From NCBI GenBank assembly GCA_964483455.1, contig CAZACK010000014.1:815-64814 (forward strand): a DNA stretch of 64,000 bases, given 5' to 3'. How positions within the stretch are numbered: position 1 is the stretch's first letter; the number at the start of each line of letters is the position of its first letter. Source of the DNA: an uncultured Solibacteraceae bacterium. Lineage in GTDB: Bacteria > Acidobacteriota > Terriglobia > Bryobacterales > Bryobacteraceae. Under the pieces are notes generated by a model, which worked only from the letters and a program-made list of their open reading frames with translations, made no database searches and was not told where the DNA came from. Shown in pieces: positions 39,242 to 48,932 of this stretch. The position numbers and the translations under genes were made by a program.

Positions 39242-40453
39242 ATGAACAATGATCCATTGCGAACCGCCGAGCGGCGCGCGTTTCTGAAGAGCGCCGGCGG
39301 CGTTCTGATTCTCAAGCCCGAAACTGTCTTCGGCACACAGGCGAACTCCACCGTCGAGGTCGGCATTGTCGGCTGCGGCGGGCGCGGCAACTGGATCGGG
39401 CCGTTTTTCCCGGAGTTCGCCGGCGCCCGCATCGTCGCGCTGGCCGACGTCATTAAGAACAACCTGGAGTCCACCCGGGATAAGTTCAGCGTCGAGGAAT
39501 CCCGCGCCTACTACGGGCCGGACGCCTACAAGGAACTCGCCGGCTCGAAGGTCGATGCGGTGGTGATCGAGACGCCCACGTACTACCACCCGGAGATTGC
39601 CGAAGCCGCCGTTGAGGCCGGCAAGCACGTCTTCATGGCCAAGCCGGTGGCGGTGGATGTGCCCGGGTGCCGCAGCGTCCTCGCCAGCGCCAAGAAGGCG
39701 CAGCAGAAGAACCTGAGCTACCTGGTCGATTTCCAGACCCGCGCCATGCCCGTCTATCAGGAGGCGGCGATGCGAGTGCATCGCGGCGACATCGGCAAGG
39801 TTGCGTTCGCGCAGGTCATTTACTACGCCGGCAGGCCATCGAAAGACAAGTCCCAGCCCGGCATGGACCCCGGCCTGGCGCGGATGGTGAACTTCTACAT
39901 GGACCGCGTGCTCGGCGGCGACATCATCGTCGAGCAGAACATCCACGTGATTGACGTGGCCAACTGGCTGATCCAAGGGCACCCGCTGAAGGCCCACGGA
40001 ACAGGCGGCCGCACCGACTGGTCCGGCACGGAGTACAACGCCGGGGACGCCTGGGACCACTTTGCGGTCACTTACTGGTATCCGAACGAGGTACACGCCA
40101 GCTTCAGCTCGAACCAGCTTACGAATAGTTATGCCGATCTGTGCGTGCGCTGCTTTGGCGTCCACGGCTGCGCCGATACGCATTACAACGGCCTGGTTCG
40201 CATTACGGGCCGAAGCGCCTGGCTCGGCACCGAGAAAGAGGACACGTTCCGCCTCGGAGCCATCAACAATGTCAAAGCCTTCGTCGAAAGCATCCGCGCC
40301 GGCATGCCGGCCAACAACGCCGAGCCGTCGGTCGAGAGCAACCTGACGGCCATCCTCGGCCGGATGGCGGCTTACCAGCAGCGCGTGGTGAGCTGGGAGG
40401 AGATGATGAAATCCAACGAGAAGTGGGAGGCGAACCTGAAGCTGCGGTGGTGA
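39242..40453 (+). CDS. Gfo/Idh/MocA family oxidoreductase with Tat signal
   Basis: 403 aa. ERRAFLKSAGGVLIL twin-arginine motif, VGIVGCGGRG Rossmann motif, FMAKPVA (EKP-type). Confidence 0.85.
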   Translation: MNNDPLRTAERRAFLKSAGGVLILKPETVFGTQANSTVEVGIVGCGGRGNWIGPFFPEFAGARIVALADVIKNNLESTRDKFSVEESRAYYGPDAYKELAGSKVDAVVIETPTYYHPEIAEAAVEAGKHVFMAKPVAVDVPGCRSVLASAKKAQQKNLSYLVDFQTRAMPVYQEAAMRVHRGDIGKVAFAQVIYYAGRPSKDKSQPGMDPGLARMVNFYMDRVLGGDIIVEQNIHVIDVANWLIQGHPLKAHGTGGRTDWSGTEYNAGDAWDHFAVTYWYPNEVHASFSSNQLTNSYADLCVRCFGVHGCADTHYNGLVRITGRSAWLGTEKEDTFRLGAINNVKAFVESIRAGMPANNAEPSVESNLTAILGRMAAYQQRVVSWEEMMKSNEKWEANLKLRW

Positions 40454-40455
40454 GC

Positions 40456-40626
40456 ATGTCGCCGGAACAGCCGCCAGTCGAGGAACCTGACGCGTACAGC
40501 GAGGACGGCGTGGACCTCACGCTGATCCGCTGGATGCTGTCCCTGACGCCGGCCGAGCGCCTGGGCGTCCTCCAGCGCTTCGTGAATTCGGTTCAAAGCA
40601 TCCGTGAACTCAATCCCGACCTCTGA
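40456..40626 (+). CDS. small hypothetical protein, putative partner of the downstream nucleotidyltransferase-fold protein
   Basis: 56 aa from MSPEQPPVEE. Overlaps the next gene by 23 nt. The motif LTPAERLGVLQRF is shared with 29256-29513. Confidence 0.45.
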   Translation: MSPEQPPVEEPDAYSEDGVDLTLIRWMLSLTPAERLGVLQRFVNSVQSIRELNPDL

Positions 40627-41107
40627 TTTCCGGAAGATCCTGCGCACCCTGTCGGATCATCGGGTCGACTTCCTTGTGGTGGGCGGCGTGGGCGCCGTAC
40701 TCCTGGGCGCGCCCGTCACCACATTCGACCTGGATGTGGTCCATTCGCGCGCGGAGGAAAACCTCCTGCGCTTGGGTGCGGCCCTGGAAGCGCTCGGCGC
40801 CGTGTATCGTGCCCAGCCGGACCGGCGATTGAGGCCGGGCGCGGCCCACCTCCGCTCGGACGGTCACCACCTCTTGATGACCGCGTATGGCCCCCTGGAT
40901 CTCCTCGGAACCATCGGACACGACCGCGCCTACGAGGACCTGATTGACAAGACCTGCGAGGCCGACCTGGGCGGCGGCCTGCGGGTACGGATCCTGAACC
41001 TGGAGACTCTGATCGCAGTGAAAGAGGAGACCGCCGGGGCCAAGGATCTCGCCGTTCTGCCAGTCCTGCGCCGTACGCTTCTGGAAAAGCAGAAGCGCAC
41101 CGGATGA
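40604..41107 (+). CDS. nucleotidyltransferase-fold protein (TA-like, family not assigned)
   Basis: 167 aa. VDFLVVGGVGAVLLGAPVTTFDLDVV resembles the NTase G[GS]..-D.D core. The stop overlaps the start of the DUF1080 gene (ATGA). Confidence 0.6.
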   Translation: MNSIPTSDFRKILRTLSDHRVDFLVVGGVGAVLLGAPVTTFDLDVVHSRAEENLLRLGAALEALGAVYRAQPDRRLRPGAAHLRSDGHHLLMTAYGPLDLLGTIGHDRAYEDLIDKTCEADLGGGLRVRILNLETLIAVKEETAGAKDLAVLPVLRRTLLEKQKRTG

Positions 41108-42033
41108 AGAGCAGTTCTGGTAAGCTGGCAGCTTCGCGGAGCGAAGCTCGTATGATCCCGTCAGATTCAAACCAGAAGTGGGTGGCAGCCGCTGTGATCG
41201 TATTGGTTGCCGGATTGCTCTCCTGCGGCCCGGCCCGGCAGGAGGGGCCGAAGCGGGAGGCCCGGACGTCGGACCCGGGCTATGAAGACACTCCGATGCT
41301 GCCCGATCAGCAGTGGCGGGTGCACGACGTTCGCCGACCGCACCCTCCGGTGGTCACCCCGGGGACCGAAAGCACACAGGAGCGGCCCGGCCGGGCGCCG
41401 TCGGACGCGACCGTGCTGTTCGACGGCAAAGACCTTTCGCGGTGGGTCACGCAGGGCATCGGCGCGGACAAAGGCAAGCTCGTTGCGCCGCGGTGGAAAG
41501 TCGAGAACGGCTACGTGGAGGTCGCCGGCGAGGGCGACCTGATCACCCGCGACAAGTTCGGCGACTGCCAGCTTCACCTCGAGTGGAGCGCGCCCCCCGG
41601 TTCGATCGACTCCGGCCAGTGGCGCGCCAACAGCGGCGTAATGCTTATGCGCCGTTACGAAATCCAGGTCCTGGACTCCTACCAGAACCTGACCTACGCG
41701 GACGGGCAGGCGGCGTCCATCTACGGACAATGGCCGCCGCTGGCCAACGCCATGCGCAAGCCCGGCGAGTGGCAGGTCTATGACATCGTCTTCGAAGCGC
41801 CGCGGTTCGACCAAGGAAAGGTCGTCAAGCCGGCATTCGCCACCATGTTTCACAACGGCGTGCTGATGCACCACCGCCAGCCGATCCTGGGCGGGGTTCG
41901 GCACCGTGAGGTTGCCACTTACGAACCACACGATCCGGAGGACTCGCTGGTGTTGCAAAACCACGACGTGCCGGTGCGCTACCGCAACATCTGGATCCGC
42001 CGGCTGGCGGGGTACGACCAGCCGGAGAAGTGA
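41104..42033 (+). CDS. DUF1080 (3-keto-disaccharide hydrolase-like) domain protein, probable lipoprotein
   Basis: 309 aa. A possible shorter start at 41152 (MIPSDSNQKWVAAAVIVLVAGLLSCG lipobox). W.V.NG.., NSG...RYEIQVLDS, and a C-terminal LQNH...V.YRNIWIRRL typical of DUF1080. Confidence 0.8.
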   Translation: MKSSSGKLAASRSEARMIPSDSNQKWVAAAVIVLVAGLLSCGPARQEGPKREARTSDPGYEDTPMLPDQQWRVHDVRRPHPPVVTPGTESTQERPGRAPSDATVLFDGKDLSRWVTQGIGADKGKLVAPRWKVENGYVEVAGEGDLITRDKFGDCQLHLEWSAPPGSIDSGQWRANSGVMLMRRYEIQVLDSYQNLTYADGQAASIYGQWPPLANAMRKPGEWQVYDIVFEAPRFDQGKVVKPAFATMFHNGVLMHHRQPILGGVRHREVATYEPHDPEDSLVLQNHDVPVRYRNIWIRRLAGYDQPEK

Positions 42034-42038
42034 AGCCA

Positions 42039-42248
42039 ATGAGGACCACACTCGACCTGGACGCGGACATCGTTCAAGCCGCAAGACAGCTCGCGCGCCA
42101 GCAAAGCAAGTCCATCGGCCAAGTCATATCCGAGCTTGCCAGAACGGCCTTGGCGGCCGATGTCGCGCCAAGAATGCGGAACGGCGTGCCGCTGTTTTCC
42201 CGGAAGCCCGGGCTCGCGCTGGTGAACCGGCTGCGTGATTCGGAATGA
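42039..42248 (+). CDS. vapB: VapB-type antitoxin (MRTTLDLD family), no intact cognate toxin
   Basis: MRTTLDLDADIVQAARQLARQQSKSIGQVISELAR.. with a C-terminal ..VNRLRDSE. Only a 24-codon ORF follows. Confidence 0.7.
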   Translation: MRTTLDLDADIVQAARQLARQQSKSIGQVISELARTALAADVAPRMRNGVPLFSRKPGLALVNRLRDSE

Positions 42249-42301
42249 GCGCCTTGCGCGGCCCGGCGCATCGCATTCATGACGCAGCCCACGAACCAGG
42301 G

Positions 42302-42613
42302 CTACTTCCTGAACGGTGAACAGACCATTCTGGGACGCCGATAAGACCTCCTGATCATCGGTGTGTATCGACGGCTCGCAGTTTCATCACACGGCCATGG
42401 CGCTTCCAGGGTGACGAGGCTGGTGAAGCGGGCAAACTGCGTGAAGTCAAGGTCCTTGTGCCAGCGCTGGTCTGGCGTTTCTCGAAGTCCCTGGAGCACT
42501 CCCTGCACGACCGGCGGACCGGTGACGAACTGCGACAAGGTGTCGGGCGCAATCGGGGATCCCAGTCTGCCGTTCAGGAGCTCGATCCAGACGGAGGTGT
42601 CAACCAGAATCAC
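42302..42613 (-). pseudogene. vapC: PIN-domain VapC toxin remnant with apparent internal deletion
   Basis: Starts MILVDTSVWIELLNG (PIN motif with Asp5), and its ATG overlaps the vapB stop (ATGA). After ..VLQGLRETPDQRW it jumps directly to the C-terminal HKDLDFTQFARFTSL motif. About 55-60 central residues with the other acidic residues are missing, followed by a non-homologous tail. Confidence 0.55.
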
Positions 42614-42843
42614 CGCCGGCCTCTCCGGCCCCGGCCTGATTTGCGGGGATGGTGCTCCCTCATCTCTGTGAGATCCCCCTCCCAGAGGCCCGAACCGAAG
42701 AAGTTCGCGAGGCTTTGAATCTTGCGGATGCGAACCACTTCCTCGAGCGCGGTGTTCACCGCGGCGGAATAGGTCTTGACGCCGAGGACCTGGCGTGCTT
42801 TCTCAAGGGCCTCCTCATTCAACACAAGATTCGTACGTCTCAT
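42610..42843 (-). CDS. vapB: VapB-type antitoxin (MRTNLVL.. / WEGDL family)
   Basis: 77 aa: MRRTNLVLNEEALEKARQVLGVKTYSAAVNTALEEVVR...GSGLWEGDLTEMRE. Confidence 0.75.
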   Translation of the reverse strand: MRRTNLVLNEEALEKARQVLGVKTYSAAVNTALEEVVRIRKIQSLANFFGSGLWEGDLTEMREHHPRKSGRGRRGRR

Positions 42844-42862
42844 GTTCCGGGTGGCGGGCCCC

Positions 42863-45800
42863 TCACACCTCCACCGGCTCCGCCGCCTCGCTTGCCGTGA
42901 AGTACACGCAATCCGGATGGTGGAACACCAGCGCGCTGACGCTCGCCTCGGGCTCCATCATCATGCCCTCGGTAAGCTGCACGCCGATGTCCTCGGGGCG
43001 GAGCAACTTCCAGATGCCCTGCTGGTCGTCGAGGTTCGGGCAAGCGCCGTAGCCGAAGCTGTAGCGCTTGCCGCGGTAGCGCGCGGTGAACCGCTCCTGC
43101 ATCGTCATCGAGGGCGGGTCGGGGAAGCCCCAGTCCTCGCGGATCCGCCGGTGCAGCCACTCGGCGGCGGCCTCGGCCGTCTCCAGCGCCAGCGCCTGGA
43201 TGGCGTGCGACTTGAAATACTCGCCGGCGCGCTTCCATTGCTCGGCTCGTTCTCGAATGCCCTGGCCGGCGGTCACCACAAACATCGCGATGTGGTCGCG
43301 GCGGCCGTTCTCCGGCTCGAGCACGTAGTCGCTCAGGCAGAGTCCGTCCTCGCGCGCCTGGCGGCCGAAACGGAACACGTGCAGGGGCGAGCCACCGCCC
43401 GGCGCAAACAGCAGGATGGCGTTGCCGTCCCGCTCGGCCTCAAAAAACTGCCAGAGGGCCCGCACCTTCAGGAATCCGGCCGCCTCCCGCCGAAGATCTT
43501 CCATCTGGTGAAAGAGATCAATCGCTTTTGAATCAACCTCTTTCAGAAGTCTTTCAAAGTTTCCTTTGAAGCCGAGATGCTTCCCGTACAGCATGTGCGG
43601 GTTCACGTAGCTCCAGATCTCAGCCAATTGCGGCACGTCGCGGATCTTCCGCTCCAGGTACGGGGCATCAGGAATCGGGATGCTCGTACGGACTCGGGGG
43701 CTGCGGGCTTCGCCTGGCCGGCTCGCCGCGCCGGCCAGAGCCGGCAATTCCTCCGGCGCGACGTGCGTGTGCGCCCGCAGCGTCTCCTGACGCGTCGCCG
43801 GGTCCATGAGCAGGTTCATCGTGCGAAGGCCGGTCATCGCGTCCTTCGAGTAGCAGACCGCTTCGCCATAGGCCGGCGCGATCTTCAGCCGCGTGAACTT
43901 CTCCGACAGCGCCGCGCCGCCCACCAGCACCGGCACACGGATGCCGGCGTCGTGCAGGTCGCCCGCCGTCACCACCATCTGCTGTGCGCTTTTCACCAGC
44001 AACCCCGACAGGCCGATCGCGTCCGGCTGATGGTCTTGACAGGCGCGGATCAGATCTTCGGGCGGGACCTTGATGCCGAGGTTGATCACCCGGTAGCCGT
44101 TGTTGGCCAGGATGATCTCGACCAGGTTCTTGCCGATGTCGTGAACGTCGCCCTTCACCGTCGCCAGCACGATCTTCCCGCGCGAAGCGGACTCGGCCTT
44201 CTCCATGAACTGCTCGAGATAGGCGACCGCCGCCTTCATCGCCTCGGCCGACTGAAGCACCTCGGCCACGATCAGCTCGTTGTTGTTGAACAGCCGCCCG
44301 ACCTCGGTCATGCCCGCCATCAGCGGCCCGTTGATGATATCGAGCGGCGCGATGCCTTCGGCCAGCTTTATGTCCAGGTCGGCGATCAGCCCGTCCTTCG
44401 TCCCCTCGATGATGTAGTTGGCGAGCCGCTGATCGAGCGGGAGGCCCGCCTGTTGTTCCTTCGCCTTGACCGTTTCGCGGAAGCACGAGGAAATCACCGC
44501 GATATGCCACTGGTTGATGGCGATCTTCTGCTCTCGCGTTTGCAGGCGCCAGTCCTCGGGCGCCCGGCGCAGTTCTTCGGGCCCGTCCGCCGGCGGCGTG
44601 TTGAACAATAGGTGCTCGGCGAGCCGCCGCTCCTCCTCTGGAATCGAAGCGAACCGCTCAAGCTTCTCGGAATTGACGATCGCCAGGTCGAGGCCCGCCT
44701 TCGTGCAGTAGTACAGGAAGACCGAATTCACCACCTCGCGGGCCGCGGGCGGGAGTCCGAAGGAAACGTTCGAAATCCCGAGGATCGTCTTGACGTACGG
44801 GATGGTTTCCTTGACCAGCCGCACCGCTTCGATGGTTTCCACCGCGCCGCCGATGTAGTTCTCGTCGCCGGTGGCGCAAGGGAACACCAACGTGTCGATG
44901 ATGATGTCCTCCGGCGGGATGCCGTGCTTCTCCGTCAGGAGCCGGCAGGAACGCTCGGCGACGGCCAGCTTGCGCTCGCGGGTGAACGCCTGGGCCTGCA
45001 CCGGATCCTCGTCGATCGTGCCGGCGATGACAGCCGCGCCGTAGGCCCGGATCAGCGGGCAGATCCGCTCCAGCTTCTCCTCGCCGTCTTCGAGGTTGAT
45101 CGAGTTGATGATGCTCTTGCCCTGGCAGTAAGTCAGGGCCAGCTCGACGGCCGCCGGATCGGTGGTGTCGATCATGAGCGGCGCTTTCACTTTCCGGATC
45201 AGCTTTTCGTAGAACGGCGGGATGTCGCGAATCTCCTCGCGCTCGCTCGACTGGAGGCAGACATCGACGATGTGCGCGCCGTTGCGCACCTGGCGGCGGG
45301 CGATCTCGCTCGCCTCTTCCCATTTCTCCTGCGCGATGAGGTCCTTGAACAGGCGCGAGCCGATGACGTTGGTCCGCTCGCCGACGATCAGCGGGCGGGT
45401 GCTGTCCTCGGCCTCGACCAGGTCGATGCCGGCGTACAGCGCCCGGCGGCTCCGGCCCGGAACCGGCCGGGGCTTCTTGCCGCCGGCCATTTGCGCCAGG
45501 GCCCGGATGTGCGCGGGGGTGGTGCCGCAGCAGCCGCCCACCAGGTTGAGCCAGCCGTGATCGGCGAACTTTTCGAGTTGCGCCGCGAGCGATTCCGGCG
45601 TCTCCAAGTACTTGCCTTCCTCGTTCGGCAGCCCGGCGTTGGGGTAGCAGGAGATCCGCGTGTGCGCCATTTGGGACAGCGTGCGGATGTGGTCGGTCAT
45701 AAACTCCGGACCAGTGGCGCAGTTGAGCCCGATTGACAGCAGGTCCGCGTGTGCGACGGAGACCCAGAAGGCGTCCGCCGCCTGGCCGGCGAGCATGGTT

Positions 45801-46414
45801 CCCATCGGCTCGATGGTTCCCGAGACCATCACCGGGATCTCGATGGCAAGCTCGCGCCGGAGGCGCCGGAAGGCAAGCAGCGCGGCCTTTACGTTCCGCG
45901 TGTCTTGGCAGGTTTCGAGCAACAGGATGTCCGCGCCGCCTTCGACGAGGGCGTGCGCCTGCTTGTAAAAGGCCGCTTCGATCTCGCGAAAGGTAACGCC
46001 TCCCGTCACCGTGATTGCCTTGGTCGTGGGACCGAGCGAGCCCGCGACGAACCGCGGCTTCGCGGCGGTGGAGAACTCGTCCGCGGCCTGCCGCGCCAGC
46101 CGCGCCGCCTCGCGATTCAGCTCCGCAGCCCGGTCCTGGAGGCCGTACTCCGCGAGCACGATGTGCGTCCCGCCGAAAGTGTCGGTTTCGATGATGTCGG
46201 CTCCGGCTTCCAAATACGCCCGGTGCACTCCGAGCACGACGTCCGGCCGCGTGCGGACGAGGTTCTCGTTGCAGCCTTCGAGCGCCGGGCCGCCGAAATC
46301 GGAAGCGGCGAGCGCCGCCTGCTGGAGCATGGTGCCCATCGCGCCGTCGAGCACCAGGATGCGGTGATCGAGGGCATCGAGAAGCGCCTGAAGACGGTGG
46401 TGCCGATTGCCCAT
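42863..46414 (-). CDS. metH: cobalamin-dependent methionine synthase
   Basis: 1183 aa covering the Hcy-binding domain (GGCCGTTPAHI), the pterin domain, the B12-binding motif GDVHDIGKN and the C-terminal AdoMet activation domain. Confidence 0.95.
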   Translation of the reverse strand: MGNRHHRLQALLDALDHRILVLDGAMGTMLQQAALAASDFGGPALEGCNENLVRTRPDVVLGVHRAYLEAGADIIETDTFGGTHIVLAEYGLQDRAAELNREAARLARQAADEFSTAAKPRFVAGSLGPTTKAITVTGGVTFREIEAAFYKQAHALVEGGADILLLETCQDTRNVKAALLAFRRLRRELAIEIPVMVSGTIEPMGTMLAGQAADAFWVSVAHADLLSIGLNCATGPEFMTDHIRTLSQMAHTRISCYPNAGLPNEEGKYLETPESLAAQLEKFADHGWLNLVGGCCGTTPAHIRALAQMAGGKKPRPVPGRSRRALYAGIDLVEAEDSTRPLIVGERTNVIGSRLFKDLIAQEKWEEASEIARRQVRNGAHIVDVCLQSSEREEIRDIPPFYEKLIRKVKAPLMIDTTDPAAVELALTYCQGKSIINSINLEDGEEKLERICPLIRAYGAAVIAGTIDEDPVQAQAFTRERKLAVAERSCRLLTEKHGIPPEDIIIDTLVFPCATGDENYIGGAVETIEAVRLVKETIPYVKTILGISNVSFGLPPAAREVVNSVFLYYCTKAGLDLAIVNSEKLERFASIPEEERRLAEHLLFNTPPADGPEELRRAPEDWRLQTREQKIAINQWHIAVISSCFRETVKAKEQQAGLPLDQRLANYIIEGTKDGLIADLDIKLAEGIAPLDIINGPLMAGMTEVGRLFNNNELIVAEVLQSAEAMKAAVAYLEQFMEKAESASRGKIVLATVKGDVHDIGKNLVEIILANNGYRVINLGIKVPPEDLIRACQDHQPDAIGLSGLLVKSAQQMVVTAGDLHDAGIRVPVLVGGAALSEKFTRLKIAPAYGEAVCYSKDAMTGLRTMNLLMDPATRQETLRAHTHVAPEELPALAGAASRPGEARSPRVRTSIPIPDAPYLERKIRDVPQLAEIWSYVNPHMLYGKHLGFKGNFERLLKEVDSKAIDLFHQMEDLRREAAGFLKVRALWQFFEAERDGNAILLFAPGGGSPLHVFRFGRQAREDGLCLSDYVLEPENGRRDHIAMFVVTAGQGIRERAEQWKRAGEYFKSHAIQALALETAEAAAEWLHRRIREDWGFPDPPSMTMQERFTARYRGKRYSFGYGACPNLDDQQGIWKLLRPEDIGVQLTEGMMMEPEASVSALVFHHPDCVYFTASEAAEPVEV

Positions 46415-46445
46415 GAAAGACGCGGAGGTACTTCGATTTTAGCAG

Positions 46446-46715
46446 CTACCGCCGATCGCGAAACTCGGCGAACCAATTCCGAACGACGCGGATCACCGGA
46501 TCGGATTCCTCAGCGGGCTCGGCCAGGAGAAACCGCCGGCCAGCCGCGGACACATCGTAGGACCGGCTTGGTTGGCGAATAGGCGCCGAAGCGGCTGGTT
46601 TCCTGTCTGCCCTTTTCGAGAGAGTGGATCACCGTCACGTGAGCCCGCTCGCGAGTCTGCGCCGTGTACAGGAGAACACGGCTTCCGCCAGGCGCGGGCA
46701 GGACAAAGCGCGGCG
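46446..46715 (-). pseudogene. collapsed remnant of a TolB-propeller/CadC-family paralogue
   Basis: Minus strand reads FVLPAPGGSRVLLYTAQTRERAHVTVIHSLEKGRQ..AYSPTKPVL, matching mid-protein FLPSPAGSRVLLYASQKRGATHEIVVHSLKTGQR..AYSPTGHVL of 15548-17710. After a frameshift it reads YDVSAAGRRFLLAEPAEESDPVIRVVRNWFAEFRDRR*, matching the C-terminus YAVSADGQRFLIAE..PVIRVVQNWFSEFKDRK. About 300 codons in between are absent. Confidence 0.6.
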
Positions 46716-46861
46716 CAGGGCCGGCTGCTTCTCACCCGAGAAGCAGCGAACCGGATGCGCGCCAACGTTGCCGCCCGCGTGCGGCGTCGCGCGGCCGAAG
46801 CGTCAGGGGCGCTTGTAACCGAATCGTCACAGCTGGGTACAATAGAGTCTCCCCCGAATTT

Positions 46862-46875
46862 GACCCCTAGGGGTC
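46862..46875 (+). promoter_or_regulatory. perfect 14-bp palindrome GACCCCTAGGGGTC in the leader of the DUF47-pit operon
   Basis: Lies between a TACAAT -10-like hexamer (46839-46844) and the GAGGG SD / ATG 46890. Confidence 0.3.
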
Positions 46876-46889
46876 CGAATTGAGGGTTT

Positions 46890-47504
46890 ATGAGGCTCTT
46901 GCCACGTCAAGAGAAGTTCTACCATCTGTTCCTTGAGCAAGCGAGCATCATCGAACAAGCGGCGCAGGCTCTGCTGGATGGAGTGCGGAGCGGGAATTCT
47001 CACCTCGCCGCCGTCGCGGAGCGAATCCGCCAGCTCGAAAACAAGGGCGACGACATCATTCATGACATCTTTCAGCGCCTGAACCAGACCTTCATCACCC
47101 CGCTCGATCCGGAAGACATCCACAAGCTCTCGTCGCGCCTGGACGACGTGCTGGACGCCATCGAGGAGGCCTCGTACCGGATCGTCTCCTACAATCTGGA
47201 ACCCATTCCGCCGGCGGCGTTGAAGCTGTGCGAAATCGTCGCCGGCTGCGCGCAGTGCATGCAGAAGGCGGTGCGCGCGCTGGAGGAAGACGAGCCGCTT
47301 CTGGTGCACTGCATCGAGATCAACCGGCTGGAAGACTCGGCCGACAAGCTGGTCCGCCAGGCCATCCACGAGCTGTTCCTGACCCAGAAGGACCCGATCG
47401 CCCTGTTTAAGGAGAAGGAGATTCTGGAGTTCCTGGAAGAGGCGACGGACCGCTCGGAAGACGTTGCCGACCTGCTACAGAACGTTGTGGTGAAGAATAG
47501 CTGA
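46890..47504 (+). CDS. DUF47 (PhoU-like, YkaA/TIGR00153-type) protein
   Basis: 204 aa: LPRQEKFYHLF.., ..LENKGDDI.., ITPLDPEDI..L...LDDV.D. Typical partner gene upstream of a PiT transporter. Confidence 0.85.
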   Translation: MRLLPRQEKFYHLFLEQASIIEQAAQALLDGVRSGNSHLAAVAERIRQLENKGDDIIHDIFQRLNQTFITPLDPEDIHKLSSRLDDVLDAIEEASYRIVSYNLEPIPPAALKLCEIVAGCAQCMQKAVRALEEDEPLLVHCIEINRLEDSADKLVRQAIHELFLTQKDPIALFKEKEILEFLEEATDRSEDVADLLQNVVVKNS

Positions 47505-47583
47505 AGCGGAATATGACTTCCGGTTCGGCTCCGAGGCCCGTTGTATCGTCGCCGCCGGGCGGCGCCGCCTGCCAATCCCCGCC

Positions 47584-48609
<1,026 letters not shown>

Positions 48610-48932
48610 GTCCAAGTACCCATCGGACCGGCGTCCGAACGCAAACTCACGGGTTAGGCGGCTGATCGCCGCCCAAAGCAGTGCGGCCGCTCCAAAGACA
48701 CCCTTCGCGTTGATCTTTGCGACGCGCGCGAGCAGCTACTCGACGACCGGCGTGCGACCGTTCCGCGCAGCCGTCGAAGAGAATGTCACCCGAATCAGGC
48801 GGCCAATCGTCGTCCGGCGTGTGTGGAGCGCCCCGCCTGTCGTTGGGCGGATTCTGGATGCCGTGACACGGAAGGCGGCGTTCGACAGGCCTCAAACGTC
48901 ATGTTAGTCTGGATCGCGACTACCTGAGCCCA

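Noticed and set aside
46415-46890. Possible cobalamin or SAM riboswitch upstream of metH
   Set aside because: I could not find the conserved B12-box or SAM-I features by eye. Most of the region is explained by the TolB-propeller pseudogene remnant. An Rfam scan would be needed to exclude a riboswitch fully.
48610-48932. 82-aa minus-strand and 65-aa plus-strand ORFs in the gap between pit and the spermidine-synthase-like gene
   Set aside because: Neither has a recognisable motif, SD or protein-like composition. I could not show that they are gene remnants either, so they are left unannotated.
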